Shown one piece after another: positions 1 through 11,957 of a stretch of 64,000 nt of DNA (positions are counted from its first letter, which is position 1; each line of letters starts with the position of its first letter). Source of the stretch: Octopus vulgaris. Taxonomy: Eukaryota. The DNA lies in contig OX597815.1 in the NCBI GenBank assembly GCA_951406725.2, positions 209,312,001 to 209,376,000 on the forward strand, given 5' to 3'. The translations under genes were made by a program, and so were the position numbers. The notes under the pieces are model-generated. The model was given only the letters and a program-made list of their open reading frames with translations. It ran no database searches and was not told the origin of the DNA.

Positions 1-184
1 GATTGAACTAGTACTTTCATGCATTAAATTATGCAATCTTCAGGTTCATGTAGTAGTGGTGACAGTCATGCTTCACAATTTTTTACTGTGAAGCATGACT
101 GTGAAATTGTGAAGCATGACTGTCACCACTACTACATGAACCTGAAGATTGCAGAATTCAATGCATGAAAGTACTAGTTCAATC
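1..184. repeat. Long inverted repeat/foldback (arms ~81 bp, may extend past window start)
   Basis: 1-81 is the reverse complement of 104-184 with 2 mismatches. The ~22-nt spacer holds an extra copy of tgtgaagcatgactgt. Confidence 0.9.
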
Positions 185-234
185 AGAATGAACATTTAAC
201 ATTCTACTATTTTATTTTATTCTATTATATTATA

Positions 235-614
235 CTAGCAGTATCGCCCGGCGTTGCTCAGGTTTGTAAGGGAAATAACTATAAAGCATTTTTAGAGAGT
301 TATAGCCAAAAAATAGCCAAAAGATGGAAAAAATAATGGTAAATTTTTTTTAGTTAAAAAAGGTGGAGTTGCGTCCCCTAGACAGTTCGCGGTTTGTGTT
401 TCTGATTCTAGACCCCATGTCGAATTTATCGATTTTTTTCAGAACTGGGGGAACTTTTCAAAATTTTCGCTGCGTTAGTTTTGAATTATGACATTGGGCT
501 ATGTGTGTGTCAAGTTTCATCAGAATCGGTTGAAAGCCGTGGTCAGGGTGAGGCTACAAGAAAACAGACACACAGAAACACGCACAGACAAACTGCCGTT
601 TATATAGAGAGAGA
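235..614 (-). mobile_element. Non-autonomous Helitron (Lep1/HINE-like)
   Basis: Minus strand begins A|TC (614) and ends CTAG|T (238-235). Subterminal GC-rich hairpin remnant (cctgagcaacgccggg), an internal (ACAG/ACAC) microsatellite near the 5' end, no TSD. Confidence 0.75.
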
Positions 615-698
615 TTATCTTATATTATATCATTATAAGATTGTAAATAAAACTTGAAAATCCAATAAGGTTGGAATTCCTTTTATTAATATATATAT

Positions 699-747
<49 letters not shown>

Positions 748-838
748 TGTGTATATATATAATATAATATAATATATATATGATATATATAAATATGTAT
801 TTATAGTATATATATATATTACACACACACACATATAT

Positions 839-877
<39 letters not shown>

Positions 878-991
878 TGCCAGATCTGACTGGCCTGGTG
901 CAGCCTTCGGGCTCCCCAGACCCCAGTTGAACAACCCATGCTAGCATGGAAAGCGGACGTTAAATGATGATGATGATGATGATGATGATGA
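878..991 (+). mobile_element. (GAT)n-tailed SINE-like element, 3' fragment (family C)
   Basis: ...ccccagttgaacaacccatgctagcatggaaagcggacgttaaatgatgat tail shared with more than 10 copies in the window. Confidence 0.8.
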
Positions 992-1061
992 TATATACAT
1001 ATAAATATATATATACACACACACATATATACATATATATTTATATACACAAACACACACT

Positions 1062-1385
1062 TATGATGACTCCGTCATCTTGATAGATGATAGCCATCTC
1101 ACCAACACACACACACACACACACCCCCCATCACACAGCACAATAATCACTCTGTTAATGAGCCCTTTGGTGACTATTAAGACCAGCTGCTGACTGACGG
1201 GGTTCAAAACACAAGTGACAGATATTATTCAAGTTTCTTCTATATCTTTGCCCTTTGGAATCTGATTCTGAAGGAATGTTTTTGTGAACTAGTATATGTC
1301 TTTTAAGTCCAGATATTGTCTTAGAAGTTTTGTGACATATGACACAAGTCGTAAGAGGTGGTTGGGGTTCAAGATTATTACCCAC
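1062..1385 (-). mobile_element. RTE-clade LINE 3' remnant with C-terminal C2H2-like fingers
   Basis: ORF 1155-1385 has CVIC..SGLKRHILVH and CHLC..AGLNSHQRAH, resembling the RTE ORF C-terminal C..C...S..GL.SH.R motif (compare 62399-62520). Short 3' tail follows. Confidence 0.55.
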
Positions 1386-1483
1386 CTGGGTATTTAGATT
1401 TTCATGTCACTTCATGTGATTCACATATCCTGCTTTTGACAACAGAACACGATCAGAACAGAAATACATTTAAAAATTTTTTT

Positions 1484-1881
1484 TTTACTTGTTTCAGTCA
1501 TTTGACTGCGGCCATGCTGGAGCACCGCCTTTAGTCGAGCAACTCGACCCCGGGATTTATTCTTTTGTAAGCCCTGTACTTATTCTATTGGTCTCTTTTG
1601 CTGAACCGCTAAGTAACGGGGACATAAACACACCAGCATCGGTTGTCAAGCAATGCTAGGGGGACAAACACAGACACGCAAACACAGACACACAAGCACA
1701 CACACATATACATATATACAACGGGCTTCTTTCAGTTTCCATTTACCAAATCCACTCACAAGGCTTTGGTCGGCCCGAGGCTATAGTAGAAGACACTTGC
1801 CCAAGGTGCCAAGCAGTGGGACTGAACCCGGAACCATGTGGTTGGTAAAAAAGCTACTTACCACACAGCCACTCCGGCGCC
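1484..1881 (-). mobile_element. tRNA-derived CORE-like SINE (family A)
   Basis: Head with A/B boxes (tggctgtgtggtaa; gggttcagtccc), CORE-like gcaccttgggcaagtgtctt, internal (TA/TG)n, tail ggtgctccagcatggccgcagtcaaatgactgaaacaagtaaaa. Confidence 0.85.
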
Positions 1882-2324
1882 TATATATATATTTGTTTGC
1901 TTGTTTCAGTGATTTGATTGCAGCCATGCTGGAGCTCTGCCTTTACTCGAGCAAATTGACCCCAGGGCTTATTCTATGTAAGCGTAGTGCTTATTCTACT
2001 TACCACACAGCCACTCCTGCACCTATATATAGATCAGTCCCTTTAGCCAAACCATTATGGGGACGTAAACACACAAGCATTGGATGTCAAGCGATGTTGG
2101 GGGTGGGGGTGGGACATACTCAGACACACAAACATATACATACATACATATATGTGTGTGTATATATATATATATATATATACATATATATGATGGGCTT
2201 CTTTCAGTTTCTGTCTACCAAATACACACAGTACCTATATACATATATACATATATACATAAATATATATATATATATACATATATGTATATATATATGT
2301 GTATATATGAGCAAATAATGAGCA

Positions 2325-2489
2325 TATATGAGTGGTTGGCGTTAGGAAGGGCATCCAGCTGTAGAAACACTGCCAGATCTGACTGGCCTGGTGTAGCCTT
2401 CGGGCTTGCCAGACCCCAGTTGAACCGTCCAACCCATGCTAGCATGGAAAGCGGACGTTAAACGATGATGATGATGATGATGATTATGA

Positions 2490-2490
<1 letters not shown>
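2325..2490 (+). mobile_element. Family C SINE-like 3' part
   Basis: gagtggttggcgttaggaagggcatccagctgtagaaac...gttaaacgatgatgat. Confidence 0.8.
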
Positions 2491-2539
<49 letters not shown>

Positions 2540-2554
2540 GTATATATATGTGTA

Positions 2555-2596
<42 letters not shown>

Positions 2597-2759
2597 GCTG
2601 AAAGATTAAAATTAATCAAAGGACATACTAAGTGCTAGAAAGAACAGCCAAAACTCTTTCTTAAATCATCAAAGTACATCAATAATAACTACAGAAATCA
2701 ACCGTCCGAAGGCAAATGAGCTAAGACAATCTCTCAGCATACATTCAAGTATTTGGATT

Positions 2760-2812
2760 CACGTGGACCAGTTTCCGGACTAGCATAATAGCCTCACCTT
2801 CCTCAGCATGCG
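2760..2812 (-). ncRNA. Minimal hammerhead ribozyme motif (PLE pseudo-LTR type)
   Basis: Minus strand: cgcatg-CTGAGGA-aggtgaggctattatgctagtccg-GAAAC-tg-GTC-cacgtg. Helix I cgcatg/cacgtg pairs 5 of 6; helix III is very short. Confidence 0.6.
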
Positions 2813-2990
2813 CTACCATGATGGAGAGCCTCAACCCATCTTGTTGAAGTCTGTGCTGCACTTATTTGTTTTGCCCCAGTGTGAAAAGAAATTCAATATG
2901 AAGCAAATAATTCAGGAGAATACATTTTCTCCTGAATTATTTGCTCCATATTGAATTTATAAATATTTGTATATATATATATACTTACAT

Positions 2991-3385
2991 ACTTTACTTT
3001 TACTTGTTTCAGTCATTTTACTGTGGGCCATGCTGGAGCACCACCTTTAGTCGAGCAAATCGATCCCAGAACTTATTCTTTGTAAGCCCAGTACTTATTC
3101 TATCGGTCTCTTTTTGCCGAACCGCTAAGTGGCGGGGACGTAAACACACCAGCATCGGTTGTCAAGCAATGCTAGAGGGACAAACATATACACACACATA
3201 CATATATATATATACATATATACGACAGGCTTCTTTCAGTTTCCGTCTACCAAATCCACTCACAAGGCATTGGTCGACCCGGGGCTATAGCAGAAGACAC
3301 TTGCCCAAGGTGCCACGCAGTGGGACTGAACCCGGAACCATGTGGTTGGTTAGCAAGCTACTTACCACACAGCCAGTCCTGCGCC
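2991..3385 (-). mobile_element. Family A SINE, full length
   Basis: Same head, core and tail as 1484-1881. Confidence 0.85.
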
Positions 3386-3424
3386 TATACACACCTTCAT
3401 AATCTAAAACGCATGAACACGTAC

Positions 3425-3640
3425 TCTTTTCTACTGTAGGCACAAGGCCTGAAATTTTGGGGGAGGGGGGCCAGTCAATAAGATCGACCCTGGTACACAA
3501 CTGGTACTTAATTTATCAACCCCGAAAGGATGAAAGGCAAAGTCGACTTTGGCGAATTTTTAACTCAGAACGTAAAGACTGACAAAATACCACTAAGCAT
3601 TTCGCCTGGAATGCTAACGTTTCTACCATCTTGCCACCTT
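3425..3640 (-). mobile_element. tRNA-derived SINE with Nin/Deu-like central domain (family B)
   Basis: Minus strand: ...gttctgagttaaaaattcgccaaagtcgactttgcctttcatcctttcggggttgataaattaagtaccag. Domain name is by resemblance only. Confidence 0.75.
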
Positions 3641-3692
3641 CACATGAACACATAATGCAAACATCATGTGTGTGCAAGCACACAGACACACA

Positions 3693-3724
<32 letters not shown>

Positions 3725-3789
3725 TTCACTAATGCTCACACGTCATGTGCTTAATTTTGCTGATGGAAATATGTATTTTTTATATATTT

Positions 3790-4352
3790 TTTATTTTATT
3801 TTATTTTATCTAGTTTCAGCTCATGAGCTGTGGCCATGCTGGGGCACCGCCATTTGGTGTTGCTACATGATTTTACTTCACGAATGCCTTTTAGCAACTG
3901 CCATTTGGTGCATGAGAGAGTTCGATGCAGCTGCCCTCATCTGCACCTCCTGCCGTGAAGTTGGTTCATATGGGACACCTGAAAGGAAGAGATCCAGTCC
4001 TACTTTAAAGACATCTGCATCCACCCCATGCAGGTCCCTCAGGTTCTTCGGGAGGATATTGAAGAGCTGTGGGCCTCTGAAGCCCAGGCTATCACAGTAT
4101 ATTGTCCTACATCTTGATGGCAAATTTGGAGTCCTTGGCACCACGCAGTGGCGCCCAGTTCTGGCATTTGTGTAACTCTCGATGCCAAAGTTTGGGACAA
4201 GTCCTTCTAGGATCTTCCAGATGTATATTATGGCATATCTTTCTCGCCTACGCTCCAAGGAATAGAGTCTTAATCTCTTGAATCTTTCCCAGTAGCTTAT
4301 ATGGTGCACAGAGGCTATCTTCTTCGTGTAGCTTCGTTGGATCGCCTCAAGT
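3790..4352 (-). mobile_element. CR1-clade LINE, 5'-truncated 3' end
   Basis: ORF 3878-4405 has LEAIQRSYTKKI..SYWERFKRLRLYSLERRRERY..FNILPKNLR..FKVGLD, the typical CR1 ORF2 C-terminus. 3' UTR ends in a stem-loop and (TAAAA)n. Confidence 0.9.
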
Positions 4353-4354
4353 TC

Positions 4355-4547
4355 TTTTAATTCTTTTATTCTTTTATTCGTTCCAGTCATTCTGACTGCG
4401 GCCATGCTGGAGCACCACCTTTAGTCAAGCAAATCGACCCCAGAACTTATTCTTTGTAAGTCTAGTACTTATTCTATCGGTCTCTTTTGCTGAACCACTA
4501 ATTTACGGGGATGTAAACACACCAGCATTGGTTGTCAAGCGATGTTG

Positions 4548-4642
<95 letters not shown>

Positions 4643-5207
4643 CGACAGGATTCTTTAAGTTTCTGTCCACCAAATTCACTTGCAAGGCTTTGGTCGGCCC
4701 AAGGCTATAGCAGAAGACACTTGCCCAAAGTGTCATGCAGTGGGACTGAACCTGGAACCATGTGGTTGGTTAGCAAGCTACTTACCACACAGCCACTCCT
4801 GCACCTCTTTTACTCTTTTACTCTTTTACTTGTTTAAGTCATTTGACTGTGGCCATGCTGGACCACCGCCTTTAGTTGAGCAAATTGACCCCAGGACTTA
4901 TTCTTTGTAAGCCTAGTACTTATTCTATTGGTCTCTTTTGCTGAACCACTAAGTTACGGAGACATAAATTCGCCAGCATCGGTTGTCAAGCGATATTCAG
5001 GGGACACACACACACACACACATATGTATACATATACATATATATGATGAGCTTCTTTCGGTTTCCATCTACCAAATCTACTCACAAGGCTTTGGTTGGC
5101 CCGAGGCTATAGTAGAAGACGCTTGCCCAAGGTGACACGCAGTGGGACTGAACCCAGAACCATGTGGTTGATAAGCAAGCTACTTACCACACAGCCACTT
5201 CTGCACC
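4355..5207 (-). mobile_element. Two tandem family A SINEs (4355-4805; 4806-5207)
   Basis: Two complete head-to-tail copies. Confidence 0.85.
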
Positions 5208-5961
5208 TATATATATATATATATATATATCATCATCATCATCATCATTGTTTAATGTCCGCTTTCCATGCTGGACTGTTTGACTGAGGACTGGTGAGCC
5301 ATATAGCTGCACCAGACTCCAATCAGAGTTTTTATATATATGTATGTATATATATGTGTGTAGGGGGTGTTTAAAATATAACATATTAAATATATGGTAA
5401 TTAAATCACAAAATATTTCATTTTAATGAAATATCCTGTGATTTAATTATCAGGGATAAAGATAATTTCCATCATCAGGGATATAAATAATGAGAAAATT
5501 CCATGTGTTTATTTGTAACAAATGTTCTTTTGGTGTAAACCAGTCATTCACAAGTGTAATATCTTCAGATCTTTAATCAAGAAGGAAACCTTTTATTAAC
5601 ATTAGCCACACCTGATGCAACTACTGTGACCTATTCCACAAATATGTAGGTTTTTTTTTTGATGTTCAGAAAAGAACTATTTTAGTCATATGTATGTCAT
5701 ACAATATCTAGAATAAATGATCTGGTGGAGGAAATACAAAGAAGATTATGAATATATAGAATTGATTGAATTATTAATTTTCATATGAGAAAATATTTCT
5801 TCTGATTAATAAAAAAAGTAGTTTTTAAATTACAATTCTTAGAGTTTTTTTTAGACACTGATTGCCAAATCCGTACCCACAAAATAACAATCTAAACCAA
5901 TTTGAGAGATAATATGGCATCTACCAAGGTAGCTTATCCCTTTCACACACACTCACATATA

Positions 5962-6046
<85 letters not shown>

Positions 6047-6399
6047 ATAAAAATGGTAAGAAAACAAAAGAAAGAAAGAGACCTCGATATTATGTAAATA
6101 GAGGAATTTATCTGTGAATGTAATATGTGACCATTATTCGCCACTCCTGCGCCTATATTATTCTCATACATTTACAGGTAATTCACAAATTACACAAAGA
6201 CATTATGAAAACATTTTAGGCGCAGGAGTGGCTGTGTGGTAAGTAGCTTGCTAACCAACCACATGGTTTCAAATGACTGAAACAAGTAAAGAGAGTAAAA
6301 AGAGAGAGAGTATATGTTTATCCTGAGAGAATATGTTTTAATAATTCCTTTTAAAATTTATTTTAATATAATACCAGTGAAATTATATATATATATATA

Positions 6400-6620
6400 T
6401 ATTTCTTTATTCCCCATAAGGGGCTAAACATAGAGGTGACAAACGAGGACAGACAAAGGGAGTAAGTCGATTACATTGACTCCAGTGTGTAACTGGTACT
6501 TATTTAATTGACCCCGAAAGGATGAAAGCCAAAGACTATGTTGGCAGAATTTGAACTCAGAACAGCAGACGAATACCACGAAGCATTTCACCCAGCATGC
6601 TAACGATTGTGCCAGCTCCC
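6400..6620 (-). mobile_element. Family B SINE
   Basis: Shared cctttcggggtcaattaaataagtaccag body and ccccttatgggg..aaagaaat tail. Confidence 0.75.
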
Positions 6621-6631
6621 TCTCTTATATA

Positions 6632-6773
<142 letters not shown>

Positions 6774-6927
6774 TTATCGCCATACTAATATGGCATTCTT
6801 ATAAAAATAAGAATAAAGCTGACCGCTTATTAGCTCCATGAGGCCATCGCCTTAAGTTAGCTATTTGATACACAAACTGTATCCATATAACCTTTGAACA
6901 AGAGAGACTTAGTAATTTTAATATTTC

Positions 6928-7011
<84 letters not shown>

Positions 7012-7029
7012 CAAGATCAAAATCAAATC

Positions 7030-7432
7030 AAATCAAATCAGATATCAGAAAGCAGAACCAAAATCGAAGTCAATCAACATCAATGGAAATTGCAGCTGTG
7101 ATACCAGTGCCGGTGACAAGTAAGTGAACCATCCGATTGTGGCCATTGCCAGCTCCGCCCCGACTGGCCTCCGTGCCGGTGGCATGTAAAAAGCACCATC
7201 CATCCGTGGGCGTTTGCCAGCCCCGTCTGGCACCTGTGCCGGTGGAATGTAAAAAGCACCCACTACACTCACGGAGTTGTTGGCGTTAGGAAAGGCATCC
7301 AGCCGTAGAAACACTGCCAGATCAGACTGGAGCCTGGTGCAGCCTTATGGCTTCCCAGACCCCAGTTGAACCGTCCAACCCATGCTAGCATGGAAAACGG
7401 ACGCTAAATTATGATGATGATGATGATGATGA
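7030..7432 (+). mobile_element. Family C element with internal ~60-bp tandem units
   Basis: Three gtgccggtg(g)ca.gtaa(aaagca)ccatcc units, then the ggcgttaggaaaggcatccag body and (GAT)n tail. Confidence 0.8.
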
Positions 7433-7599
7433 TATATATATATATATATGAATATAATTATTTCAAATTCTCTCTAAAGGAGACTATGGCAGCAGTACTG
7501 GATATTAATTGTTATCACCAAGCTAAAATAGCACTCCAGGAAAATAGGACGAATGCTGCTGTTGACTAGCTCCAAGAAAGAAGCCTGTCATATATTCTA

Positions 7600-8668
7600 T
7601 TCTCTGAAGGGGAAAACGGTGGCGGAAACAGCTGTCAAGCTTCAAACAGCTTACAAAGATGCTGACGTGAGCAAAACACACGTTTACGAGTGGTTTTCAT
7701 GCTTTAGTAAATGGTCACTTGCTACTTGAAGACCATTTCATTCGGGGCAACCGTCAACCTTCTGAACTGATGAAAACATCATGAAGATTCTTGAACTGAT
7801 CTTGGGGGACCATCGCTAAACAATGGTGTGTCTTGGAGCTCCTGCCAATGAATTTTGAGCCAAGAATTGTGAATGAAAAATATTGCAGCAAAATTTGAGC
7901 CTCGCTTACTCACAGAAGATCAAAAGTAGTCACAATTGAATGTGTGTCATGAACTGAAAGAACAGTTGGAAGTTGAACTGGATCATTTTTTTGAAGGTCA
8001 TCACTGGTGACGAAAGCTGGTTGCTATGGCTACAACCCAGAAAAGAAGCAGCAGTGAAGTCAATGGAAGCATTTGATGTCTCTATGTCTCAAAAATGTGC
8101 GTCAAATAACGTCCAAAGTTAAGATGATACTGATTTGTTTCATCGGTGCAAAAGGAATTGTCCACACAGAATTTGTCCCTCCTGGTCAAACTGTTAACCA
8201 GACATTTTACTAGGCAGATCTGAAGCATTTGTGAGACACAGTAATATGAAAACACCCTGACCAGTAGCAAAATGGTGAGAGGTGGCTTCATCATGACAGT
8301 GTCCCTGTGCACACCACCTCAAGTGTGAGACAAGTTTTGACCAAAAATGGCATGGCTCCACTCATCCACCCTCCCTATTCCCCTGATTTTGCTCCCTGCA
8401 ACTTTTTTTGTCCTCCCCAAAAGAAAACGTCCTTCAAGGAGAATGTTTTGCAGATGTGGAAGAAATGAAGAAAAATACGATGGAGGCGTTAAAAGGCATC
8501 GCTTCACAACATTTCCAGGACTGCTTCGAGCAGTGGAAAACGCATCTGAACTGATGCATTGATTTAAATGGAGAATACTTTCAAAGTGATAAAAGTGTAA
8601 ACATTTAAAACTGAGTGAATAAAATAATATTGCAAAATTCCAGTTTCTTTTGGCTACTCCCTGGTGTA
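7600..8668 (+). pseudogene. Decayed mariner (DD34D-type) transposase with right terminus
   Basis: Manual translation across frameshifts gives GKTVAET..VYEWFS, AAKFEPRLLTEDQK, VITGDESW, HHDSVPVH, PPYSPDFAPCNFF, NGEYF. Ends ..ctactccctggtg|TA. Confidence 0.85.
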
Positions 8669-8685
8669 TGTATATATATACATAT

Positions 8686-9093
8686 CCTTTTATTCTTTTA
8701 TTTTTTTTCAGCCATTTGACTGTGGCCATGCTGGAGCACCATCTTTAGTCAAACAGTTCGATCCCAGGACGTATTCTTTGTAAGCCTAGTACTTATTCCA
8801 TCGGTTTCCTGGGCTGAACTGCTAAGTTATGAGGACGTAAACACACCAGCATTGGTTGTCAAGCGATGTAGGGAGGACAAACACACACACACAAACATAT
8901 ACACACTCACACACATGCACACACACAGACATGTACGACGGGCTTCTTTCAGTTTCCATCCACCAAATCCATTCACAAGGCTTTGGTTGGCCCTGAGGCT
9001 ATAGTAGAAGACACTTGCTGAAGATACCACACAGTGGGACTGAACCTGAAACCATGTGTTTGGTAAGCAAGCTACTTACAACACAGCCACTCC
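8686..9093 (-). mobile_element. Family A SINE
   Basis: Full head, core and tail. Confidence 0.85.
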
Positions 9094-10663
9094 TAATTAA
9101 TTAATTAATTATTAAGAAATCATTTATTATTTTATTATTAAGAAACTATACCAATTTAATTCCATATTTGATATTTCGCTTCTATAATTTAATCAGTGGG
9201 ACTGAACCTGAAACCATGTGTTTGGTAAGCAAGCTACTTATCACACAGCCACTCCTGTGCCTATATATATATATATATTTATATATATATAATTTGTTTT
9301 GTTGTTGAATCTGAAATATTTACATATGCATACACACACACACATACACACGTACCTACACGCATATTATATTTAAATGTGTAAATGTATGTATATTATA
9401 TATGCACATGCATGTAGCAGTTTGCTTTGCAGCCACGAGGCCTTGAATTTGATCCCACTGCCTGGCATCTTTAGGCAAATGTCATTTTCTACACACTTGG
9501 ATCTGACCCATACATTGTGAGCAAAACCAGGTAAACAGAAACGATATAGGGGCCCATCAACTGGAAAATACCTACATTTCAAAGGTACAGCTTTGTCACA
9601 AACACATTCTTCCACATTCATTCTGCCTAAGAATATTATTAACGGTACACTTGTCTAGGAATATTCAGCCATCTATCCACTAATATCTGACAATCAATTT
9701 CAACATAATCTGTATATTTCTTATTGCTTACCTTTCATTATTCTTTGATTATTTTTCTTCATTTTCCTTTATTTTCATTTGTCGCAAATCACAGCAGTGT
9801 TCATAATTCTGAATATAGTTCTAATTTCAATGCCATTCTTTGTTCCCAATTTCTCCAGTCTTTTCTCTGAATCAGTCATATCGTTTCCTTCACCTGTTAG
9901 CTATTATTTTCTCAGCAGATTGCCTTGTCAATGATACAGACAAGTGCACATCTACAGACTATTAAAACAAGAAACCAAATTAAATTAGTTTCAGAAGATC
10001 ACTGATCTCAGCACATTCCAAATGACTAACTTAGCAAATATATATATTATCAATAGATTATTTTAAAGACATATCTAAAAAAAAAAAAAAAAAAAAAAAC
10101 CCACTCCTGAAAGGCAACATTAAGAAATGCAACAAACACCAACCATGCAAATGAAATAACTAAACTAATGAAAGCTAGCAGAAACGAAAAAGTAAAACGC
10201 AAAATACCAATATGAATACAATAGAAGTACCCCCAAAACAATTAAACAGAAATGAGAGCTAAGACCCCCCCCCACCTCAGGCAGAAAAAAAGGAAAATAT
10301 TAGAATTGGCAATCCTTCCTCTCCAGCTGTTACATAAATACAAATGGCAGAGAAAATGATTAGAAATGCCTATGATTTCTTGATTAGTGTCATACTGCTT
10401 CATATTAGTCTAATGACATATCCACAGATCAAAGCAATAAACAAACAGTCTCTATTAACATAGAGTTATCATTTGCTCAGATTATTAACCCTATCTTGTG
10501 CTGGTAGAATCATTAGAATACTTGACAAAAAAAATTGCTTTGGCAACATTTCTTCTCTGCTTTGCATTCTGAGTTAAAATTCCATCATGATCAACTCAGC
10601 TTTTCATCCTTTTCTGGCTTGATGGAATAAGTTTCCAGCCTTGTGACTTTGGTAGAAAGAATT

Positions 10664-10906
10664 ACTCTTTTACTCTTTTTTACTCTTTTACTTGTTTCAG
10701 TCATTTGACTGTGGCCATGCTGGAGCACCGCCTTTAGTCAAGCAAATTGACCCCGGGACTTATTCTTTGTAAGAATAGTACTTATTCTATCGGTCTCTTT
10801 TTGCCGAACTGCTAAGTTACGGGTACATAAACACACCAGCATCGGTTGTCAAGCGATGTTTTTTTTGGGGGGGGAGCAGACACAGATGCACAAACTTATA
10901 CACATG

Positions 10907-10947
<41 letters not shown>

Positions 10948-11320
10948 CGGGAAGGTTTACGAAAATAAACAAAAGACGAAGGCAGGTGGAGTACAAACAA
11001 ACAAATGTATTAGTATGCCGCTCAGGAATAGAAATAGAACAAGTCTTTTACGTTTCGAGCCTACGCTCTTCGACAGAAAGATACACAGAAAAGAAACAAG
11101 GAGAGAAAAAAATGCATGTAGGAGCTAACGGTCCATAATGTATATATATACATATATATGATGGGCTTCTTTCAGTTTCCATCTACCAAAATCCACTAAC
11201 AAGGCTTTGGTTGGCCTGAGGCTATAGTAGAAGACATTTGCCCAAGGTGCCACGTAGTGGAACTGAACTTGGAACCATGTGGTTCATAAGCAAGTTACTT
11301 ATCACACAGCCACTCCTACC
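10664..11320 (-). mobile_element. Family A SINE interrupted in its (TA)n by another module (10946-11138)
   Basis: SINE halves flank the insert. Confidence 0.8.
10946..11138 (-). mobile_element. (TA)n-inserted module with hammerhead-like core; second copy at 58360-58526 (+)
   Basis: Near-identical to the reverse complement of 58360-58526. Contains ctgtcgaa-gag-cgtagg-ctc-gaaacgt. Confidence 0.65.
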
Positions 11321-11357
11321 CTCTCTTAAAAATGAAAACGTTTTCCCCTTTTTTGAA

Positions 11358-11463
11358 ATGTTTGCCTCAGCAGTACGTATACTAAAACTGAACGATACAG
11401 AGAAAATTAGCATCACTCCTGCACAACGATAATATGTAAGTTCATGAACCATTCATATTATTT
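11358..11463 (+). pseudogene. U6: U6 snRNA pseudogene (full length, diverged)
   Basis: gtttgcctcagcagtacgtatactaaaactgaacgatACAGAGAaaattAGCatcactcctgcacaacgataatatgtaagttcatgaaccattcatattattt aligns end to end with canonical U6. ACAGAGA box and AGC triad present, many substitutions elsewhere. Confidence 0.9.
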
Positions 11464-11470
11464 CAAGTAT

Positions 11471-11625
11471 AGGCACAGGAAGGGCTGTGTGCTTTCCAAC
11501 CACAGTGGGACTGTGTGCTTCAGTCCCACTGTGTGGCACCTTGGTTAAGTATCCTCGGTTATAGCCTTGGGCTGACCAAAGCCCTGTTAGTGGATTTGGT
11601 AGACGGAAACCGAAAGAAGCTCATC

Positions 11626-11668
<43 letters not shown>

Positions 11669-11880
11669 TGTCCCCCACCACTGCTTGACAACCGGTGTTG
11701 GTGTGCTTACATCCCCGAAATTTAGCAGTTCAGCAAAAGAGAATAAAGAAATAAATACCAAGTAAAAAAAAAAATAATAATAACAACAGTACTAGGGTTG
11801 ATTTATTCAACTGAAATTCTTCAAGGTGGTGCCCCAGCATGGCCGCAGTCTAATGACTGCAACAAGTAAAAGAATAAAAT
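11471..11880 (+). mobile_element. Family A SINE (diverged)
   Basis: Head, core and tail recognisable. Confidence 0.75.
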
Positions 11881-11957
11881 AATTTACTTTTATGAGGGGG
11901 AGTCAGAAAGTAAAGCAATTTTTAATTGCATTCCGTTTTGTTTTGCCCTTGTACTTA

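Noticed and set aside
1155-1385. Host C2H2 zinc-finger gene
   Set aside because: No TGEKP linkers or finger array; it fits an RTE C-terminus better.
1653-2318. Recurring peptides such as [22 protein letters not shown]
   Set aside because: They are antisense translations of family A SINE, not a protein family.
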